Below, piece after piece: positions 56,802 to 64,000 of a stretch of DNA of 64,000 nt (positions within the stretch are counted from its first letter, which is position 1; each line of letters begins with the position of its first letter). The notes beneath the pieces are model-generated. The model was given only the letters and a program-made list of their open reading frames with translations, did no database searches and was not told the origin of the DNA. Both the position numbers and the translations under genes were made by a program. Where the stretch lies: assembly GCA_041662665.1 (NCBI GenBank), contig JBAZSC010000003.1:4603-68602 (forward strand), read 5' to 3'. The stretch is from Patescibacteria group bacterium. Lineage in GTDB: Bacteria; Patescibacteriota; JABMPQ01; JAQVVF01.

Positions 56802-59780
56802 ATGATAAACAAAAACAAATTTAGAATTATTGGTGATGTAGCGGATTTTAATAATGGTCCGGCAGTTTTAGATTTGCGTGAAATTGGAAAAGCAAGAAAA
56901 CTTGAAGAAAAGCAGAGATTAGAGAAAGATTTGATTAATCTAAGATCATCGCAGAAAAACGCAGAAGCGAACGTAGAAAACGCAGAAGCGAACGCAGAAA
57001 ATGCGGAAACTAATGCGGAAAATGAGGAAGCTAACTTACTTGTTGATCAGGTAGGTGCAGAAAAAGCAGTAGAACAAATACAAATACAAGAATTACAGAA
57101 ACCTAAAGTTCAAGAAAAAAATGATGAGCAAATTTTAGTTCAGCATGAAGATCAAGTGAAGCCCGTTGTTTTACCTCAAGCAGAAATTGTTGCTAAACCG
57201 TTAGTGATTAAGGATGAAAAACCAAAAGTAAAAAAAATGTCTTTTAGCAAGAATTGGTTGCAAAGACAAGCAGAAAAGAAAAAAATAAGAAATGCAAAAA
57301 TAGCTGAGATTAAAAGAATAAAATTAGAAAAACAACAGAAAGAACAGGAATTAAAGAAAGCAAGAATTTTAGAACAGCAAAATATAAAATTAAAAAAAGA
57401 ATTAGAAAAAAGAGAAGCAAAAAAATTATGGCTTTTAGCAAAACAGGAAGCTAAACGTAAAAAGTTAGAGGAGAAAAAGGCATTACAAGAAAAAATATTA
57501 TTACAAAAACAACAACTAAAATTAAAAAAAGAATCCGCCTTCGCTCTTGCTAGAGCTACGGCGGACAAAGAAAGAATTTTGGAAAAGCAAAGATTGGAAT
57601 TAGAATTGAAAGCAAGACAGGAAGAATTGAGACTTAGAAAAATAGCCGAAAAGCAAGAATTAGAATTAAGATTGCAATTAGAACAACAAGAAAAAGAAGA
57701 GAGAAAATTAATTGAACAGCAAAGAAAAAGTTTTCAAGAACAGCAAAAACCAAAAGTTGATTATTTATTATTATTTAAAAATAGATTTGGCAAGAGTTTT
57801 AGATTCTCATTAATCTTTTTTGTTCTGGTTTGCGCTATTTTAATGTCTGGAATTAAGGGTTTAGATTTTTTTAGTTCTCAAGCAAAAAATACAAAATCAA
57901 AAATATTAAGCGATGCAATGGTTGCTTATCAATATATGGGATCAGCAACTAATTCAGCGACAAGCAAGGATTTTGAAATGGCATCTTATAAATTTGGCGT
58001 GGCTGGAGATAGATTTTTGAATGCGCAAAAAGATTTGAATCAATATGGCGAAGTTTTGACTTCAGTTCTAAAAATTATGCCTGGCGCATCAGCTGTTAGA
58101 TCAGGCGATAATTTGCTGTCAGCTGGCGCTAATTTATCACAAGCTGGAGAATATTTATCATCAGCAGTAACTCCTTTTAATGATTTAGGCAGTTTTATTA
58201 GCTTGCCTAGTGATGAAAATAGCAATAACCAAAAAACTACTTTAACAGAATTATTATCTGAAGCAACGAATAATTTGAATTTAGCAATTGGAAAATTAGA
58301 TGCTGCTAACTCAGATTTAAAGAATGTAAAAGTTTCTGATTTGCCTTCTGATGTAGCGCCAAAAATTGCAACAATTAAAGATAATTTGCCAACGATTAGT
58401 TCTGATTTAAAAACTTTGACTTCTTATTCTGATAATTTTTTGCAAATGCTTGGACATAAGGGCGCAAAAAGATATTTAGTATTATTTGAAAACAATAGGG
58501 AATTAAGACCTACTGGCGGATTTATGGGAACATATGCTTTAGTTGATATTGATTCTGGTAAGATAAAAAATATTAAAATAGAAGGTCCATATAATTTGGA
58601 TGGAAATTTAATGGAAAAAATAATTGCTCCAGAGCCATTACGATTGATTCAAGTTAAATTATTTTTGAGAGATTCTAATTGGTTTTTAGATTTTCCAATG
58701 TCAGCAAAAAAAGTAATGTCAATGTATGAAAAATCAGGCGGGCCTACAGTTGATGGCGTTTTTACAGTTACAGGTAATGTGATGGAAGCTTTGTTAGGAG
58801 TAACAGGCGAAATTGATATGCCAGAATATGGAACAGCAGTCAATGCTGATAATTTTTTTGATAAAACGCAGTTTGAAGTGGAATATGATTATGACAAACA
58901 AGAAAATGAACCAAAGAAATTTTTGGCAGATCTTTTTCCAGTATTCCTTGACAGATTGTCAAATTTAAGCAAGGATAAATGGTTGGAAACTGCAAATGTG
59001 ATGTATAAGATGCTTGATCAGAAAGATATTATGATGTATTTTAATGATGAAAAACTAGAAAATTTTGTAAAAGAATTTAATTGGACTGGCGAGATAAAGA
59101 ATCCAAGCAAAGATTATTTATCAACTGTTATAACAAATATTGGCGGAGGAAAAACAGATGATGTTATTGACCAAAATATTTTTCATGAAGCAGAAATTCA
59201 AGATGATGGTTCAGTGATTGATACAATAACAGTAACAAGAATTCATAATGGCGATCCAAATGATATGTGGACTAGTGTTAAGAATATGGCTTATATGAGA
59301 TTTTATGTTCCACTAGGAAGCGAGATGATTGAAGCTCGAGGTTTTGATAAAGAATTTTGGGGAGTTCTTCGACCGTTAGAAGAAGGTTCTAACCCTGATC
59401 CTTTGATTTCAAATATTGAAAATAATACAAAAGTTAATAATGAAAATGGAATTAGAATTATGGAAGAAGGCGGTAAGACTGTTTTTGCAAATTGGATTGG
59501 TATCGAATGTGGTCAAGCAAAAACAATGGTGATAAAATATAGATTACCTTTTAAAGTGCAAAAGACTGGTCAAGATGCAGCGACTTCTTATGCAATGTTT
59601 TTTCAAAAACAACCAGGTACAAAAGCGTTTGAAACAACAAGTATTTTGAAATATCCAATAGATTATTATGTTAATTGGAAATATTCTTCTGATAATATGT
59701 TGACTGAAGTTTCTGATGGATTGCAATATAGGACAAATTTGAATAAAGATAAAGCATATGCAGTGGTATTTGTGAAATAG
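56802..59780 (+). CDS. Large envelope protein: charged coiled-coil N-terminal region with oligopeptide repeats, one TM helix, and a large extracytoplasmic domain that appears DUF4012-like
   Basis: E/K/Q-rich 300 aa with NAEAN repeats; TM FRFSLIFFVLVCAILMSGI; then LVLFENNRELRPTGGFMGTYALVDID, resembling the DUF4012 N.E.R.TGGF.G signature (recalled from memory, not searched). Confidence 0.55.
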   Translation: MINKNKFRIIGDVADFNNGPAVLDLREIGKARKLEEKQRLEKDLINLRSSQKNAEANVENAEANAENAETNAENEEANLLVDQVGAEKAVEQIQIQELQKPKVQEKNDEQILVQHEDQVKPVVLPQAEIVAKPLVIKDEKPKVKKMSFSKNWLQRQAEKKKIRNAKIAEIKRIKLEKQQKEQELKKARILEQQNIKLKKELEKREAKKLWLLAKQEAKRKKLEEKKALQEKILLQKQQLKLKKESAFALARATADKERILEKQRLELELKARQEELRLRKIAEKQELELRLQLEQQEKEERKLIEQQRKSFQEQQKPKVDYLLLFKNRFGKSFRFSLIFFVLVCAILMSGIKGLDFFSSQAKNTKSKILSDAMVAYQYMGSATNSATSKDFEMASYKFGVAGDRFLNAQKDLNQYGEVLTSVLKIMPGASAVRSGDNLLSAGANLSQAGEYLSSAVTPFNDLGSFISLPSDENSNNQKTTLTELLSEATNNLNLAIGKLDAANSDLKNVKVSDLPSDVAPKIATIKDNLPTISSDLKTLTSYSDNFLQMLGHKGAKRYLVLFENNRELRPTGGFMGTYALVDIDSGKIKNIKIEGPYNLDGNLMEKIIAPEPLRLIQVKLFLRDSNWFLDFPMSAKKVMSMYEKSGGPTVDGVFTVTGNVMEALLGVTGEIDMPEYGTAVNADNFFDKTQFEVEYDYDKQENEPKKFLADLFPVFLDRLSNLSKDKWLETANVMYKMLDQKDIMMYFNDEKLENFVKEFNWTGEIKNPSKDYLSTVITNIGGGKTDDVIDQNIFHEAEIQDDGSVIDTITVTRIHNGDPNDMWTSVKNMAYMRFYVPLGSEMIEARGFDKEFWGVLRPLEEGSNPDPLISNIENNTKVNNENGIRIMEEGGKTVFANWIGIECGQAKTMVIKYRLPFKVQKTGQDAATSYAMFFQKQPGTKAFETTSILKYPIDYYVNWKYSSDNMLTEVSDGLQYRTNLNKDKAYAVVFVK
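57534..57570. repeat. GC-rich hairpin repeat, copy d, in-frame within the DUF4012-like CDS
   Basis: tccgccttcgctcttgctagagctacggcggacaaag, encoding SAFALARATADKE. Confidence 0.6.
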
Positions 59781-59790
59781 TTAGTAAAGC

Positions 59791-59900
59791 TACAAATTCC
59801 AAATTCCAAACAAATTACAAACCACAAGTCACAAACTTTTTGTTTTTGTAATTTGGGATTTGTAGTTTGTTTGGAATTTGGTGCTTGTAATTTGTAATTT
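59791..59900. repeat. Palindromic intergenic element, family B, between the DUF4012-like gene and murJ
   Basis: caaattccaaattccaaacaaattacaaaccacaag ... ttgtaatttgggatttgtagtttgtttggaatttggtg. Confidence 0.65.
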
Positions 59901-59902
59901 TT

Positions 59903-61450
59903 ATGAAATTGTTTGAAAAGTATAAAAAATATTTTATATCAGGCGCGTTGATTTTAGGTATCTCTTCTTTTTTATCGCGCTTTTTAGGTTTGGTTAGAGA
60001 TAGATTATTTGCTGAACAATTTGGTGCAGGCAGAGATTTGGATGCATATTATGCAGCATTTAGAATTCCAGATTTTATTTTTAATTTGTTGATTTTAGGC
60101 GCATTATCTTCGGCATTTATTCCAATTTTTGTTGATTATTTATCACAAAAAAAACAAAAAGAAGCATGGCATTTGGCTAATTCGTTACTGAATATTATTC
60201 TAGGAATTACGATTGTAATTTGCGCGATTATATTTATTTTTGCGCCTCATTTGATGTTTTTGATTGCGCCTGGATTTAGCGGATCTGAAAAAGAGTTAAC
60301 TGCACAATTAACTCGAATCATGCTTTTGTCGCCGATATTTTTTGGATTTTCGAATATCGCTGGTGCGATTTTAACTTCATATAAAAGATTCTTTTTTTAT
60401 GCTTTAGCTCCAATAATGTATAATTTAGGAATTATTTTTGGAGCTTGGTTTTTAGTTGATCCTTATGGTATAAAAGGAATAGCTTATGGTGTTGTAATTG
60501 GCGCATTTTTGCATTTTATTGTTCAACTGCCAAGTATTTATAAATTAGGTTATCGTTATAAATTCATTTTTGATTATACGCATAAGGGTGTTCAGAGAGT
60601 TGTAAATTTAATGATTCCATCAATTATGGGTCTTGCAATGACACAGATAAATCTTTGGGTAATTACAGTAATTGCATCATTAATTTCAGTCGGCAGTATT
60701 ACTATTTTTAATTTTGCGAGCAATTTGCAATATTTTCCAGTCGGAGTATTCGGAATATCAATTGGTCTTGCTGCTTTTCCAAAATTAGCTGAAGCAGTTT
60801 CGTTAAAAAAATCAATGTTGTTTAAAAATACTTTCTCTTTTGCATTTTCGAAAATTATGTTTTTTGTAATTCCAATTTCTGTTTTTATGCTGTTGATGCG
60901 CGCGCAAATTGTTAGGTTAGTTTTAGGTTCTGGAAAATTTGATTGGGAAGATACATATTTAACAGCGCAATCTTTAGGACTTTTTACTTTAAGTTTGTTT
61001 GCTCAAGCATTAATTCCTCTTTTAGTCAGGTCTTTTTATTCGATGCAAGATGCAAAGACTCCAGTTTTTATTAGTATAGTTTCAATGATAACAAATATTG
61101 CTGGCGGATTAATATTATCAAAATATTTTGGTGTATTAGGATTGGCTTTAGCGTTTTCTTTTGCAGCATTGATAAATATGTTATTATTGTTTGTAGTATT
61201 GAGATATCGGCTTGGTGATTTGGGAGATTCGGAAATTATAAAAAGTATTTTAAAGACTTCTTTTTTAACAATCATTTCTGGAATAGTTTGTTATTGTTTA
61301 TTAATTATTATGGCGAATTTTGTTGATATGGAAACATTTATTGGAATATTATTGCAAGCAAGCGTTGCATTTGTTGGAGGAGCAGGAGTATTTATTCTAT
61401 TAGCTTGGGTGTTCAAGTTTCGTGAACTAGGAATTGTAAAAAGTAACTAG
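59903..61450 (+). CDS. murJ: Lipid II flippase MurJ (MviN)
   Basis: N-terminal LSRFLGLVRDRLFAEQFGAGRDLDAYYAAFRIPDF MurJ signature; 14 TM helices; 515 aa. Confidence 0.88.
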   Translation: MKLFEKYKKYFISGALILGISSFLSRFLGLVRDRLFAEQFGAGRDLDAYYAAFRIPDFIFNLLILGALSSAFIPIFVDYLSQKKQKEAWHLANSLLNIILGITIVICAIIFIFAPHLMFLIAPGFSGSEKELTAQLTRIMLLSPIFFGFSNIAGAILTSYKRFFFYALAPIMYNLGIIFGAWFLVDPYGIKGIAYGVVIGAFLHFIVQLPSIYKLGYRYKFIFDYTHKGVQRVVNLMIPSIMGLAMTQINLWVITVIASLISVGSITIFNFASNLQYFPVGVFGISIGLAAFPKLAEAVSLKKSMLFKNTFSFAFSKIMFFVIPISVFMLLMRAQIVRLVLGSGKFDWEDTYLTAQSLGLFTLSLFAQALIPLLVRSFYSMQDAKTPVFISIVSMITNIAGGLILSKYFGVLGLALAFSFAALINMLLLFVVLRYRLGDLGDSEIIKSILKTSFLTIISGIVCYCLLIIMANFVDMETFIGILLQASVAFVGGAGVFILLAWVFKFRELGIVKSN

Positions 61451-61476
61451 GAATTTGTAACTAGTAACTAAAAATT

Positions 61477-62052
61477 ATGGATGAAATAATTTTGGCAACT
61501 GGCTCGCCATATAGACAACAGTTATTCAGTAATTTAGGATTGAATTTTCGTGCTGAAAAAAGTGATGTTGATGAGAATTTTTCTGATCGACCAAGTGATC
61601 CTAAAAAATTAGTTATAGAATTAGCAAAAAGAAAAGCTTTAACAATTGCCAAGAAAAATAAAACAGGAATTGTAATTGGATTTGATTCGATTGGATATGC
61701 ATCCGGAAAGATATTAGAAAAGCCAGTTTCAAGAAAAGATGCTTTTAAAATGTTAAAAAAACTTTCAGGAAGTTCATGGTATTTTGTGACTGGAATTTTT
61801 ATAATTAATATTGAAAAAAATAAAAGTTTGAAAAAAGTTGTTTCAACAAAAATATATTTTAGACAAATTTCTGATTTTGAAATAAATAAATATCTTGATC
61901 AAGATAAAAATTATTGTACTTATGCTTCTGGATTTAATGCTTCAAAATATTATAGTTCAACTTTTTGCGATCGAATTTCTGGAAGCTATAATAATTTATG
62001 CGGAGGTTTGCCTTTAGAAGTAATTATAAAGATGTTAGATAAAATAAAATAA
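61477..62052 (+). CDS. maf: Maf-like nucleoside triphosphate pyrophosphatase
   Basis: IILATGSPYRQQLFSNLGLNFRAEKSDVDE Maf N-terminal motif; 191 aa. Confidence 0.8.
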   Translation: MDEIILATGSPYRQQLFSNLGLNFRAEKSDVDENFSDRPSDPKKLVIELAKRKALTIAKKNKTGIVIGFDSIGYASGKILEKPVSRKDAFKMLKKLSGSSWYFVTGIFIINIEKNKSLKKVVSTKIYFRQISDFEINKYLDQDKNYCTYASGFNASKYYSSTFCDRISGSYNNLCGGLPLEVIIKMLDKIK

Positions 62053-62074
62053 ATTTTTATAAATAAATAAAACA

Positions 62075-62177
62075 TCCACCTTCGCTTCTGCGGAAGCTTC
62101 GGTGGACAAGTTCCGCCTTCGCTCTGAGGAGCTTCTGCCTTCGCTGAAGCTTCGGCAGACAAGTCGGCGGACAAAGG
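62075..62177. repeat. GC-rich hairpin repeat cluster, copy e: 2-3 tandem units immediately upstream of the 62187 gene
   Basis: tccaccttcgcttctgcggaagcttcggtggacaag, then ttccgccttcgctctgaggagcttctgccttcgctgaagcttcggcagacaag, then tcggcggacaaagg. Confidence 0.7.
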
Positions 62178-62186
62178 AAAACAAAA

Positions 62187-63746
62187 ATGCGAAAAAAAGT
62201 ATTATTGGGAGTTGTATTTTTTGCGAGCATGATTTTGGCTTTTCTAGGCTTTGCAAAAATGACATTGGCTTGGACAGATATTACTGGCGCAATATCTGGT
62301 TCATCGGTAACGGATTTGTTATATGCATCTGATGGATCAATTTATGCTAGTGGTACATATAATGATGGAGAGTTAGCAAAAGTATGGCGATACACAAATG
62401 GATCTTGGATAGATATAACTGGCGATATTGTTGGATCAGGAGTCCAAACTTTAATACAGACATCAGATGGATCAATTTATGCTGGCGGACAATATAATCT
62501 TTTTCATGCAAGAGTTTGGAAATATGCAAATGGCGTTTGGACTGATGTAACTAGTGATATTAGTGGATATATAATCAATTCTTTAATGTTGGCATCCGAT
62601 GGCTCGATTTATGCAGGTGGAACTATGACAGAAAATGGTTCTGATTTTTTTGCACGAGTTTGGAAATATTCAAATAATATTTGGAGCGATATAACAGGTA
62701 CTTTGACTGGAACGGAAATTTATTCTTTAAAACAATTTTTTGATGGTTCAATTTATGCTGGTGGTTATGATGTTGATAATGCAAAAGTATGGAAATATTC
62801 TGATAATAGTTGGAACGATATTTCTTCTAATTTAAGCGAAGGTTCAGTGTATACTTTAGCTCAAACAAAAAGTGGATTGATCTTTGCTGGCGGTAATTTT
62901 GATCTTGGTTCTGGACAATTTGGCGGTGTTTATAGGTATGATAATGGAATGTGGAATAATGCAGGTTTAATGACTAATATCGTTGGAGGTGTTTATGATT
63001 TACAAACATTGGGTGATATTGTTTACGTTGGAGGTTATGAACCTACAGATTCTGGCCATGAAGCGAAAATATGGACTTATTCTAATGGTGTTTGGAGTGG
63101 AGATGTTTTAGGGATATCTACAGATTATCATACAGATGTAAGATCTTTATTGTTTGCTTCTGACGGTTTATATGCTGGTGGCGACCAAGCTTCTTTGGCA
63201 AAAGTATGGACCCGCTCATATACAACAGAAGAATGGCGCTTGATTGAAGAGAATAATTTAGAAAATGGCGATGAAGTGACATTACTTCCAGAATTAAATA
63301 CTCAAACTATTTCTGGTCAAGATCTTATTCTTAATTTTACAAAGCTTCCAAACAAATTAACAAAAAATAGCGCGTATTATATGCAATGGCAAAGATTTAA
63401 TGCATATCCAAAAAAATGGAAGAATGTTAAAAAGACTGCTTTAAAAAGATATTGGAAGTTAACTACGAATTTGAATAAATACAAAGCTAAAAAATCTTCA
63501 CAGAAATTTAAAGTAAAAGTGACTTTCAAATATACTAAAAAATTATTTAATGCTTTAAAAAAGAAAAATTCATTAGCTACAAAATCAAATTTGACTTTGA
63601 AGTATAGAAATAAAAAAACTTCTTGGAAAACTGTGACTTCTGTTTTTACTGATGCAAAATTAGTTAAAAAGAATAAGAAAATGATTGTAAAATATTTTAC
63701 TCATTTTCCTAAAAAGACAAACTATTTTGCAATTGGATTGAAATAG
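62187..63746 (+). CDS. Secreted repeat protein (about 8 copies of a ~45-aa WxDITG...SDGSIYAGG unit, beta-propeller-like) with a lysine-rich basic C-terminal domain
   Basis: Signal peptide VFFASMILAFLGFA; recurring DGSIYA(G/S)G and (V/A)W(K/R)Y motifs; C-terminal 130 aa K-rich. Confidence 0.7.
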   Translation: MRKKVLLGVVFFASMILAFLGFAKMTLAWTDITGAISGSSVTDLLYASDGSIYASGTYNDGELAKVWRYTNGSWIDITGDIVGSGVQTLIQTSDGSIYAGGQYNLFHARVWKYANGVWTDVTSDISGYIINSLMLASDGSIYAGGTMTENGSDFFARVWKYSNNIWSDITGTLTGTEIYSLKQFFDGSIYAGGYDVDNAKVWKYSDNSWNDISSNLSEGSVYTLAQTKSGLIFAGGNFDLGSGQFGGVYRYDNGMWNNAGLMTNIVGGVYDLQTLGDIVYVGGYEPTDSGHEAKIWTYSNGVWSGDVLGISTDYHTDVRSLLFASDGLYAGGDQASLAKVWTRSYTTEEWRLIEENNLENGDEVTLLPELNTQTISGQDLILNFTKLPNKLTKNSAYYMQWQRFNAYPKKWKNVKKTALKRYWKLTTNLNKYKAKKSSQKFKVKVTFKYTKKLFNALKKKNSLATKSNLTLKYRNKKTSWKTVTSVFTDAKLVKKNKKMIVKYFTHFPKKTNYFAIGLK

Positions 63747-63763
63747 AGTCGTTGATAATGCTA

Positions 63764-63797
63764 AGCCGTAAATAATTTCGTTTACGGCTTTTTTAAT
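63764..63797 (+). terminator. Rho-independent terminator
   Basis: aagccgtaaataatttcgtttacggctttttt. Confidence 0.6.
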
Positions 63798-63839
63798 TTA
63801 TGTCATAATATATTTAATATTATTTATTAAAAACAAAAA

Positions 63840-64000
63840 TGAAAAAATTATTATTTGGACTTGTTTTTTGTGCAAGCCTAGCAATCAGTTGTATTGGTTT
63901 TGCTAAGACAACTCTAGCTTGGACAGATATAACAGGTAGTTTGAATGGGACAGAAATTAGCGATTTAGTACAGGCAACTGATGGATCAATTTATGCGTGT
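63840..64000 (+). CDS. N-terminal part of a tandem paralog of the 62187 repeat protein; continues beyond the window
   Basis: MKKLLFGLVFCASLAISCIGFAKTTLAWTDITGSLNGTEISDLVQATDGSIYAC parallels the 62187 N-terminus. Confidence 0.65.

Noticed and set aside
57176-57568. 130-aa minus-strand ORF
   Set aside because: Antisense to the repetitive E/K-rich part of the 992-aa gene; low-complexity artefact.
1-64000. Possible alternative genetic code (UGA recoding, as in some CPR lineages)
   Set aside because: TGA terminates several confidently sized genes (hypC at 31245-31247, the MNT gene at 20221-20223), and conserved proteins are full-length under the standard code. Translation table 11 is appropriate.
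1-64000. CRISPR arrays and tRNA genes
   Set aside because: The many repeats are palindromic or irregularly spaced rather than regular repeat-spacer arrays. No cloverleaf or T-loop (GTTCGAATC-like) signatures were found.

Overview
This 64 kb window is low-GC (about 30%) and gene-dense, with nearly all genes on the + strand. It is most likely from a Candidate Phyla Radiation (Patescibacteria) bacterium, judged by ribosomal proteins with lysine-rich extensions, no L30 gene between rpsE and rplO, and a fermentative gene set. The standard genetic code applies, since TGA works as a stop codon. Contents, in order: (1) a str/S10/spc ribosomal super-operon (rpsL, rpsG, fusA, tuf, rpsJ through rplO, secY, adk, map) interrupted by inserted genes, including a Phd/YefM-like fusion and a HEPN/MNT toxin-antitoxin pair bracketed by duplicated terminators. 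(2) ruvX. (3) Two large secreted proteins that share a near-identical promoter and leader and a conserved ~200-aa basic C-terminal domain but carry unrelated central domains: a beta-helix, versus an SGNH hydrolase plus two CHB_HEX_C-like repeats. One of them has a G9 tract in its 5' coding region. (4) A GT2 polyprenyl-phosphate glycosyltransferase and a small membrane partner. (5) Lower-glycolysis genes (tpiA, fba, pgk, eno, gpmI) interleaved with a group 3b-type [NiFe] hydrogenase cluster (beta, gamma, hypC, a HypC-like fusion, delta, a GNAT, alpha, and a truncated HypA-like gene). (6) PduL-type phosphotransacetylase and acetate kinase, flanking two tandem paralogs of an unknown family; a third member lies in the glycan locus. 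(7) recJ split by a frameshift and carrying an in-frame repeat insertion. (8) rnhA, and a long RNase P RNA with AT-rich expansions. (9) A cell-envelope glycan locus: initiating sugar transferase, three GT4 enzymes, a Wzz-like protein, a DUF4012-like protein, murJ and maf. (10) A tandem family of secreted repeat proteins with basic C-termini. The intergenic spacers carry several distinct short repeat families, some also inserted in-frame into coding sequences. These include a GC-rich 'CCNCCTTCG...CTTCGGNGGACAAG' hairpin, a TCGAAT-rich element, two palindromic families, and TTATAAAGT tandem motifs upstream of gene starts.
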